64,000 bases of DNA from Candidatus Aminicenantia bacterium (GTDB lineage Bacteria; Acidobacteriota; Aminicenantia; UBA2199), in contig CBDDBX010000009.1 of NCBI GenBank assembly GCA_965225955.1, positions 68,880 through 132,879 of the forward strand, in the 5' to 3' direction. Made by a program: the position numbers and the translations under genes. Shown piece by piece: positions 57,023 through 64,000 of this stretch (its first letter is position 1; each line of letters starts with the position of its first letter). The notes under the pieces were generated by a model. The model was given only the letters and a program-made list of their open reading frames with translations, made no database searches and was not told the DNA's origin.

Positions 57023-57917
57023 TGTTTTACATCCTGCACAGGGTAGCATGGATAATAGAGCAGAGCTTACATATAGAGAAGGAAAAGAGGCTGTTTTGAG
57101 AAAAGAATGGAGAACAGCTGTTTCTGTTCTGGAAAAATTTAAATCAGAATTCAGAGATAGCAGAGTAGCTGCTGCTGGTATCTACTGGCTGGCGTACAGC
57201 CGTTACAATATTGGTGTTGGATTTAAAGGAGAAAAGGGACTTGCTGAATTAACAGGAACTCTTGAGGATCTTAAATATCTGGCGACCAGATATGAAAACA
57301 GCAAATGGGTTGATGATGGCATGGTACTTAAAGTACGTGTGGCAGTAGAACTGAAAGACAGAGGAGATGCAGGAGGAGAGAAATTACTGACAGAAGTTCT
57401 TGTACGTTATGGAGATAGTTTGTCTGATTGTGTCTTACTTGCAATGGAAGCTTTGATAGATATTAAAGGGGAAAAAATATTTCAGCATCTTCTTGAAATA
57501 AAAAAACCTTTCCTGGCAAGGGAGGCGGTATTCAGCTTCTCAAGATCAAGAGAGGATATGGTGCCATTTGAAGAAAAACCGGATTTTCTGAAATATCCGG
57601 CTGACCTGACCTATCCATCTCTGGCTCTTAAATCATGGATATCCTGGACTTCAGTTATGGAAATTAAAATAGATAAAACAGGAAAAGTTGTTAAGGTAAG
57701 AACCATTTGTGGAGCGGTTAATCACAGAAAACTTGATAGTGAAGTTGAGAAAGAGTTGTTCAGATGCAGGTATGCTCCGGTAAAAGATGACATGGGGAGA
57801 GAGATGGAAGTATCTTTTGTAGAGATCTGGCGATATAAATACAACCATACCAGAAGAACATGGAAAATTCTGAGGTGGATAGATCAGAGTCGGGGAGGAA
57901 TTGCTGATTATGAATAG
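56973..57917 (+). CDS. Secreted TPR-like protein with a TonB-C-like C-terminal domain
   Basis: Signal peptide MLLVKIRYLLVLIALCSV. C-terminal 'EIKIDKTGKVVKVRTICGAVNHRKLDSEVEKELFRCRYAPV' resembles the TonB_C fold. Overlaps the anti-sigma gene 3' end in another frame. Confidence 0.4.
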   Translation: MLLVKIRYLLVLIALCSVLHPAQGSMDNRAELTYREGKEAVLRKEWRTAVSVLEKFKSEFRDSRVAAAGIYWLAYSRYNIGVGFKGEKGLAELTGTLEDLKYLATRYENSKWVDDGMVLKVRVAVELKDRGDAGGEKLLTEVLVRYGDSLSDCVLLAMEALIDIKGEKIFQHLLEIKKPFLAREAVFSFSRSREDMVPFEEKPDFLKYPADLTYPSLALKSWISWTSVMEIKIDKTGKVVKVRTICGAVNHRKLDSEVEKELFRCRYAPVKDDMGREMEVSFVEIWRYKYNHTRRTWKILRWIDQSRGGIADYE

Positions 57918-59766
57918 AAAAAGAGGAAGTTTTTTATTGATTCTACTGTTTTTTACTATCGGAATATCAGCTCAGAATCAGTTTGACTGGAAAAAGATCA
58001 ATCAGCAGGCTATTGATCACTATGTAAAGGGTGAATATGAAATAGCCGAAGGAAAAGCATCTGAAGCATTGATTATAGCTGAGAAGGTCTTTGGAGGAAA
58101 ACACGATAATTACAGGGTATCCCTCAATAATTACGGTAGAATTCTACATCTGAGAAAGAAGTTTAAAGAGGCTGATAAGATATATACAGCTCTTCTTGGT
58201 AGTCTTACAGATAATGATAAACAAGGTGAAGAATACCTTACTATTCTGAATAATGCTGGGGAGTTGCAGATGAAAATCGGGAAAAACAGGGAAGCTGAAG
58301 ATAAATTTTCTGAAATAATACGTCTATGTAATAGAACCGATAATTCCGAAAGTAATATCTGTTTTGCTGCTCTGGTTAACATCGGTAATCTTAAAAAGAG
58401 AGCTGGTAATCTGAACCGTGCAGCAGGTTATCTTGAAAAGGCTCTTAAAACAGGAAAAAAAGTATTTGGAGAAGAGTCCTGGAAATTAAAAGAGGTAATG
58501 AGGAGTCTCGGGGTAATATATTTCGAATTAAAGCAATTTATTAAGGCAGATGAAATTATCAAATACAGAGCAGAGCTTAATAGAAAAACAGCAACCTCAA
58601 ATTTTGTTGAATATAACAACAGTGGAGCAATATATTTTTATAAAGGACTCAACCGTGCAGCTGAGAGAAAATTCATGGCAGCTGTGGAAACTGCGCCGGA
58701 AGGGGAACTTGTTACTGTTCTGATAAACCTTGGCACCCTGTACTATTCGGTGAATCGTTACCGTAGAGCTATTAAGGTGCTTAAAAAAGCTGATGAAATC
58801 ATCAGTAAAGAGAGTGGTAGTGATACCAGTTTTAATAAAGGCCTTATATTTTATAAACTGGGACAGGTATATGAAAGACAGCACAGGTATCTTAAAGCTT
58901 CAGACTATCTCAAAAAAGCTTATGAAATTTTCAGAGGTGATGGGAGAGAAGAAGTGAATAGCGTTGATGTTTCAAAAACCCTTTACCGACTTGGGCAGAT
59001 GTATATATCCAGGAGATTGCCGGGAAGGGCAGAAGACTATTTTAATGAATCACGGCGTGCAGGGCGTGAGCATGGTATGGACAGGAACCCTTATATTTTT
59101 GGATGTATAAATTATCTACGAAGAATCTATGAGATAAGAAAAGAGAAAAAATCGGTTCTGAAAATGTTTGATGAAGAAATCACCCTGAGTGGAACTGGAA
59201 AAGTCAGGAATGTTGAACATATGATTGCTGTATTAATGGAGAAGGCCAGTTATCTCAGATCTGTTAATATGACAGATGAGGCACTGCAAGCTTTAAAGAA
59301 GGCAGAAGAGGCGAGCCAGCAGCTCAATATTGCTGATCACCCAGTAACTTTGCACTCTCTTACTGAACTTATGGCGGAAATACTTATGGATATGAAACAG
59401 TATAAAGAGAGTGAGAAGTACTACAGGGCAAGACTTAAACAGATAACTGAATCAAAAGGAGAGGAGAATCCTGATAAGGGAAGTATACTGGTAGCACTGG
59501 CAGAACTTAAATATAAAATGAGAGAGAAGGAAGAAGCCCTGAAGCTCTGCAGAGAGAGCCTGACTTTTAATATAAGATACATAAAACCAGGCAGTATATA
59601 CATGAAACAGTTTCTGCAGCAGATGTCTGAGTTGTTCAAAAAGTGTGGAGACAAAGTTACTGCAGGAAAACTAAAGAAAGAGGCTGCGATGATTAAACTA
59701 CCATTCTCTGAAGATGAGAGAGGATATGAAGAGAAGATGAAGAGATGGGACTCTGATAGGAAATAA
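57901..59766 (+). CDS. Secreted tetratricopeptide-repeat protein
   Basis: Signal peptide, then about 600 aa of TPR-like repeats (recurring 'A...Y...G.Y..A...Y' patterns). Confidence 0.6.
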   Translation: MLIMNRKRGSFLLILLFFTIGISAQNQFDWKKINQQAIDHYVKGEYEIAEGKASEALIIAEKVFGGKHDNYRVSLNNYGRILHLRKKFKEADKIYTALLGSLTDNDKQGEEYLTILNNAGELQMKIGKNREAEDKFSEIIRLCNRTDNSESNICFAALVNIGNLKKRAGNLNRAAGYLEKALKTGKKVFGEESWKLKEVMRSLGVIYFELKQFIKADEIIKYRAELNRKTATSNFVEYNNSGAIYFYKGLNRAAERKFMAAVETAPEGELVTVLINLGTLYYSVNRYRRAIKVLKKADEIISKESGSDTSFNKGLIFYKLGQVYERQHRYLKASDYLKKAYEIFRGDGREEVNSVDVSKTLYRLGQMYISRRLPGRAEDYFNESRRAGREHGMDRNPYIFGCINYLRRIYEIRKEKKSVLKMFDEEITLSGTGKVRNVEHMIAVLMEKASYLRSVNMTDEALQALKKAEEASQQLNIADHPVTLHSLTELMAEILMDMKQYKESEKYYRARLKQITESKGEENPDKGSILVALAELKYKMREKEEALKLCRESLTFNIRYIKPGSIYMKQFLQQMSELFKKCGDKVTAGKLKKEAAMIKLPFSEDERGYEEKMKRWDSDRK

Positions 59767-59837
59767 TGCCTCTTAAGGTAGATGAGTCAGGTATTAAGGT
59801 AAATTGAAGTTTGATTTTTATACCTTACTGAAGGATA

Positions 59838-60311
59838 ATGTCGTTGATATTTTTTTGTGGAGGCCTAATGGAGTCAAAATATATACTCATCGATAACGAA
59901 ATAATTCCCGAAGTTTACAGTAAAGTTCTTGAAGCTAAAGCACTGATAAAATCGGGAGAAGCCAGCGGTATATCTGAGGCAGTTAAGATGGTGAATATAT
60001 CCCGGAGTGCTTACTACAAATATCATAAACATATTTTTCAGCTATCTCAGGGAAGGGAGAAGGTTAAAAAAGCAACTCTCAGATTTGTGCTGTGCCATCA
60101 GCATGGAGTTCTCTCAAATATTCTTAACTACCTTGCAGATACTGGTGGTAATATTCTTACTATAAGTCAGGATATTCCAATTAATGATATTGCGAATCTA
60201 AGTATAACTCTTGATATAAGTGGTCTGAAGTCAGCGATTAATGAATCTATAGAAGAGATGAATGGAATGGATGGAGTTGTTAAGGTTGAACTGCTGGCTG
60301 TAGGGTACTGA
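59838..60311 (+). CDS. ACT-domain protein of the UPF0735 (PheB-like) family
   Basis: 'IPEVYSKVLEAKALI...ISEAVKMVNISRSAYYKY' HTH-like N-terminus plus an ACT domain 'LRFVLCHQHGVLSNILNYLADTGGNILTISQ'. Confidence 0.6.
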   Translation: MSLIFFCGGLMESKYILIDNEIIPEVYSKVLEAKALIKSGEASGISEAVKMVNISRSAYYKYHKHIFQLSQGREKVKKATLRFVLCHQHGVLSNILNYLADTGGNILTISQDIPINDIANLSITLDISGLKSAINESIEEMNGMDGVVKVELLAVGY

Positions 60312-60326
60312 TAACTAACTGAGTAA

Positions 60327-60356
60327 ACCGGCAAGTATCTATTGCCGGTATTTCTG
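60327..60356 (+). terminator. Intrinsic terminator
   Basis: accggcaa-gtatcta-ttgccggt hairpin followed by ATTTCTGATCTTGTTTTT. Confidence 0.6.
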
Positions 60357-60452
60357 ATCTTGTTTTTACTATCTATTTAACAGCAAACATAGGCATAATT
60401 TCTTTGCCATAAACTTCGTTAAGTACCTGAGCTATTGACGCATACATTGCGC

Positions 60453-60961
60453 TTAATCCCCGCAGATAATTCCTTCATAACCGGCTATGGTTTTTAATGT
60501 CTCACTACCTGTAAAGTCAGCAGTAGCAAGAAGAAAGAAGAGCACAACAAGTGAGCCGAAAACAAACTGAAGTACTTTGTTAATTCTGAAAGTACCAGCA
60601 AACATTCCTATAGTAAAAATACCCCATACTGTCAGGTATGATCCCATTGCTTCTTTGGTAGGAGCAGAGCCCAGACCGAACTTAGGCATGAGAATCAGAG
60701 CTACAAGAGAGATCCAGAAGAATCCATAAGCTGTGAATGCAGTTGTACCAAAAGTATTATTCTTTTTCCACTCCATAATACCAACGCATACCTGTGACAG
60801 GCCGCCAATGGTAAGTCCCATAGCAAGAATCATTGCGTCAAGGCCGAAGAATCCTGCATTATGCAGATTGAGAAGAATTGTTGTCATACCAAAACCAATT
60901 AATCCAAGGGGGGCAGGATTTGCTGTGGTATCTTTAATTTCCATTGCGTTTTTTTCCATAA
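60453..60961 (-). CDS. satP: GPR1/FUN34/YaaH-family acetate/succinate channel (SatP-like)
   Basis: AGGAG RBS before MEKNAMEIK. Signature 'NPAPLGLIGFGMTT'. 6 TM. The ORF-track start at 61124 is probably too early. Confidence 0.75.
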
Positions 60962-61205
60962 AAATCTCCTGAGTTGAACATATCTTTTTTTGTATAAAAA
61001 AACAGAGAAGCCAAAGCTTAACACAAATTGTTACTCTGTCAAGTAAAAAAATACCCCTGAAAACCGTATGAGAACAGAATCTGAGGAAGTAATTCCTGTA
61101 CCACAGGATATGATTTGTGTCCAAATACAGATACGTAGTACGTATAAGTAGCTGATTCTCTTATTTTTCAGGGAATTTGTAAGAGAGTTATTAAGAGGAG
61201 AAGGT

Positions 61206-62213
61206 ATGAACAAGGGAGTAAAGATGTTGCTCTGCTTTATAATTGTTATCACTGTGTCAGTTCTGGATGCCAGGCAGGAGGTAAAACTCTATGTACCATC
61301 AGAAATGACCTTACATGAAGGTACATGGCTTCAGTGGCCATATATTTATGGTGGTGATGGAGAAGAGTATAAATATGAAGATGCCTGGGTAAGAATTTCA
61401 ACGGCTCTTCATAGAGGTGAAAACCTTCATATAGCTGTATTTAGTGATAAAGAGAAGGAGAGAGTTAAAGGACTTCTTGAAAATGCAGATGTAAATATGG
61501 AGAGGGTAGACTTTCATATTGTAGGTAAAGAGAGTTCTGTAACCGGAAACAGGGAAATCTGTTTTGTGTATAACAGAAATGATGAACTTGTTGTTGTTAA
61601 CTGGAAGTCAGAAAAAATCAGAGATAAAAAAGATAAGAGTCATGGTTTTGCAGACAAAATCAGCCGTATACTTAATTTACCCCGCTTATCTATAGATTTT
61701 CTGAGTAATCTTAAGGATATGGATGTAGATGGTAAGGGAACTATGATTGTAAAGACCGGGGAATCCCGGATTAACAAAGAAGATTGTATTAAATCTGCAG
61801 AAAAATATCTTAGACGCAATTTTGGAATAAAGCGTTTTATCTGGTTGAATGAGGGGTATGCAAGGTTTGTAGACAGCGATACAATTGTGGTATCAGGTAA
61901 AAGAAGCAGAGAGTGTTACAGCAGGATAAGAATGGCTATTAATGCTAAAGGGGCGGGTTACAGAATTGTGGGAATTCCCGAAACAGAGCTACCTGTTGAA
62001 GGAACCAGGTTTTCTGGTAGTTATGTAGATTTCTATGTAGGTAACAGTGTTGTTCTTATACCGCAGTATTATGATAATAATGATTCTGAAGCTGTAAGGC
62101 TTTTTCAACAGTTCTATCCTGACAGAGAGATTGTTGGAGTAGATTGCCGGAAACTTTTCAGAAATGGTATAAAACTTCGCAGTCTGGCTTTTCCTCAGCC
62201 AATGTCAAGGTAA
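61206..62213 (+). CDS. Secreted agmatine-deiminase/Porphyromonas-type peptidylarginine-deiminase-family protein, possibly non-catalytic
   Basis: Signal peptide. 'TWLQWPY' matches the family N-terminal motif. The C-terminal region reads '...VGVDCRKLFRNGIKLRSLAFPQP' where '...GGNIHCITQQ' (catalytic Cys) is expected. Confidence 0.45.
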   Translation: MNKGVKMLLCFIIVITVSVLDARQEVKLYVPSEMTLHEGTWLQWPYIYGGDGEEYKYEDAWVRISTALHRGENLHIAVFSDKEKERVKGLLENADVNMERVDFHIVGKESSVTGNREICFVYNRNDELVVVNWKSEKIRDKKDKSHGFADKISRILNLPRLSIDFLSNLKDMDVDGKGTMIVKTGESRINKEDCIKSAEKYLRRNFGIKRFIWLNEGYARFVDSDTIVVSGKRSRECYSRIRMAINAKGAGYRIVGIPETELPVEGTRFSGSYVDFYVGNSVVLIPQYYDNNDSEAVRLFQQFYPDREIVGVDCRKLFRNGIKLRSLAFPQPMSR

Positions 62214-62308
62214 GAGAGCTTCTGTTTTAAAAGATAATTTTATGAAACGTTTTGTTTCAGAATCGCGTCCTTTATTTTTTAGCACGAAATATTGCAATGG
62301 AGGATGTG

Positions 62309-63415
62309 ATGAAGAAACTGATTCTTTTGGTTGTATGCCTTGTACTGGCAGTTTATCTTAACGGAGATGTAAAGAATATTGATAAACCTTTGAAAGGGGA
62401 ATGGAAACCTGAATTAACAAAGGTAGCTGATCTTGAATGTGGTAATGGGGAGTTTTTCAGTAGAATTGATTCAATAAAGACTTCAGAAGATGGAAGAGTT
62501 TTTATTGCAGATGATAAAAACAGCAAAATCTATATTTTTGATAAAAACGGAAAATATATTACTGCTTTTGGCAAAAAAGGCGAAGGACCGGGAGAGTTCA
62601 GGTATCTGGAATCCATCCATGTTTTAAAAGATATGGTTGTAGTAGTGGGAAGAGCTCATCTTATCTATTTTGATACAGATGGTAAATACATTAAAACAGA
62701 AAAGTATCCTTCTGATCTTGAACCAAGAGTTTTCATCGATAAAGACAGATTTGTATCTGCACCTTCAGTTCCCTCCAGCAGAACAAAAGATACCAGACTT
62801 AAACTGGAAATATATAATATTGCAGATGAGAAGCGCACCGTTCTTACTGAATACAGCGCATTTGATAAAGCTTCTGTATCAAAAACTAAAGGGGGGCAGC
62901 AGATGGTTGTTAATATGATCGTCGGAGGAGTTACCCCTTTAATGGTTGTTGCATATAATGACGGAATAATCTATTACGGTATGAACGATCAGTACAGAGT
63001 TAATATGGTTGACCTTAATGGTAAGAGTAAAGGTGCTTTTGTTCTGGAAGGAAGAGATAAAGACCCTTTTACTACTGATAAAAAGAAGGAGCTTTTCACA
63101 AAAGTTAAAGGAATACCTCAGTCAACAATCAAAGTGCTGGTAAACGGACTTCCTGATGAACTGACATATTTCGACTCAGTGGAATTTGGCAATAATGGAA
63201 TGAGATATCTCTTTTTATCAGATGCCAGTGATGGAGAAGAGAAGAGAGTGGATATCTTCTCTGCTGAAGGTAAATATTTGTATAAAGGCCTTCTTGTATT
63301 TGAAGAAGGACTTGATATGAAAGCCTTTCATATTGATGGTAAGAGAGTAATTGTGGCCGCGGAAAATGAAGATGGAGAAGTTGTTGCGTCAATATACAGT
63401 GCTTCTCTTAAATAA
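62309..63415 (+). CDS. Secreted NHL-repeat/6-bladed beta-propeller (TolB-like) protein, paralog of 7188-8210
   Basis: GGAGG RBS before MKKLILLVVCLVLAV. 'GKKGEGPGEFRY' NHL motif. Shares its architecture with the first copy. Confidence 0.55.
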   Translation: MKKLILLVVCLVLAVYLNGDVKNIDKPLKGEWKPELTKVADLECGNGEFFSRIDSIKTSEDGRVFIADDKNSKIYIFDKNGKYITAFGKKGEGPGEFRYLESIHVLKDMVVVVGRAHLIYFDTDGKYIKTEKYPSDLEPRVFIDKDRFVSAPSVPSSRTKDTRLKLEIYNIADEKRTVLTEYSAFDKASVSKTKGGQQMVVNMIVGGVTPLMVVAYNDGIIYYGMNDQYRVNMVDLNGKSKGAFVLEGRDKDPFTTDKKKELFTKVKGIPQSTIKVLVNGLPDELTYFDSVEFGNNGMRYLFLSDASDGEEKRVDIFSAEGKYLYKGLLVFEEGLDMKAFHIDGKRVIVAAENEDGEVVASIYSASLK

Positions 63416-63457
63416 GAATAAGTTATTAGTGTAGATAAAAAACTTCATTACCTTAGA

Positions 63458-63490
63458 ATGCCCGGTATATTTTTACCGGGCATTTCTATT
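63458..63490 (+). terminator. Intrinsic terminator
   Basis: atgcccggta-tatttt-taccgggcat hairpin followed by a T-rich run. Confidence 0.6.
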
Positions 63491-63576
63491 GTGTAACATG
63501 ATTAAGTTGAAATTCTTATGTATAAATAATATTCTCATCAATGGTACTCTGAAACTACCAGATAAAGGAGGAATTT

Positions 63577-64000
63577 ATGGAAGTTATTAAAAAACATAAT
63601 CCCGGTACATTCTGCTGGGTTGAACTGGCTACTTCAGATAGTGAAAAAGCAAAACAATTTTATAGAGAACTTTTTGGATGGGAAGCTATAGATCAGACCA
63701 TGGGAGATGGCGGAGTCTATACTATGTTTAAACTTGATGGTAAAGAGGTTGGTGCAATGTATCAGCTGGATAAAAATCATAGTGAAGTTCCACCACACTG
63801 GCTGGCTTATATTAGTGTTGATAACATTGATGATACAGTGAAAAAAGTGGTTGAAGCAGGAGGTACTACATGCGTAGGTCCTTTCGATGTATCAACTGCC
63901 GGACGTATGGCAGTAATTACAGCACCTGAAGGCGAGTATTTTGGAGTATGGCAGCCTAAGGATCATATAGGAACAAAGGTTAAAAATGTGCCTGGAAGTT
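63577..64000 (+). CDS. VOC-family (glyoxalase/PhnB-like) protein, 3' end beyond the window
   Basis: AAGGAGG RBS. 'FCWVELATSDSEKAKQFYRELFGWEA' VOC N-terminus. The ORF runs off the window end. Confidence 0.6.
   Translation, partial: MEVIKKHNPGTFCWVELATSDSEKAKQFYRELFGWEAIDQTMGDGGVYTMFKLDGKEVGAMYQLDKNHSEVPPHWLAYISVDNIDDTVKKVVEAGGTTCVGPFDVSTAGRMAVITAPEGEYFGVWQPKDHIGTKVKNVPGS

Noticed and set aside
1-64000. Mobile elements, integrases, tRNA or rRNA genes
   Set aside because: None detected. The repeated PadR-permease units are diverged paralogs, not IS copies. No tRNA-like 3' ends (GTTCGAATC-type) were seen.

Overview
This is a 64-kb, low-GC (about 38-40 %) bacterial chromosomal segment. Coding is dense on both strands. 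Promoters are sigma70-like (TTGACA-N17-TATnnT). No rRNA, tRNA, CRISPR array, transposase or integrase genes were found. The gene content points to an anaerobic or micro-aerotolerant organism that makes c-type cytochromes, possibly from the FCB superphylum or the Acidobacteria.

Gene content in order along the window:
- a secreted GH5 glycosidase
- a umuDC translesion-polymerase cassette with a candidate GAAC-N7-GAAC operator
- an aminotransferase and an Lrp regulator
- a secreted M6 metalloprotease
- three paralogous modules, each a PadR regulator followed by an ~860-aa duplicated-FtsX 'orphan' permease (ADOP-like); two of the three have distinct 6-3-6 palindromes upstream
- a small tailoring locus: GT2, TetR, two tandemly duplicated O-methyltransferases and GT4
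- a ~10-kb oxygen/ROS/nitrosative-stress island (21.6-31.6 kb): two rubrerythrin-like diiron proteins, desulfoferrodoxin, cytochrome bd oxidase cydAB, a Fur/PerR-like regulator, and a divergent ahpC with an overlapping Fur-type box; then ferritin, a flavodiiron protein and a rubredoxin that is missing from the ORF track; then an ACT-like regulator, an NrfH-like tetraheme cytochrome plus an octaheme (8 CxxCH) HAO-like cytochrome, and a DCC thiol-disulfide oxidoreductase with no canonical start codon
- an OMP beta-barrel and a putative clan-CD peptidase
- an HD-GYP phosphodiesterase
- a System II cytochrome c biogenesis operon (lipoprotein, CcsB, and a CcsA with a long N-terminal extension)
- a radical-SAM-like protein that lacks CxxxCxxC but keeps a SPASM-like Cys cluster ('pseudo-rSAM'), followed by an SRPBCC protein
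- a frameshifted M3 peptidase (dcp) with ~84-bp tandem direct repeats at its 3' end
- a ~960-bp non-coding stretch ending in a strong + strand intrinsic terminator (candidate sRNA)
- a C69 peptidase
- an ECF sigma / anti-sigma / TPR-TonB_C / TPR operon
- an ACT-domain protein, SatP/YaaH, a PAD/agmatine-deiminase-like protein, two paralogous NHL beta-propeller lipoproteins, and VOC proteins

All functional calls rest on motifs read directly from the translations; no database search was possible.
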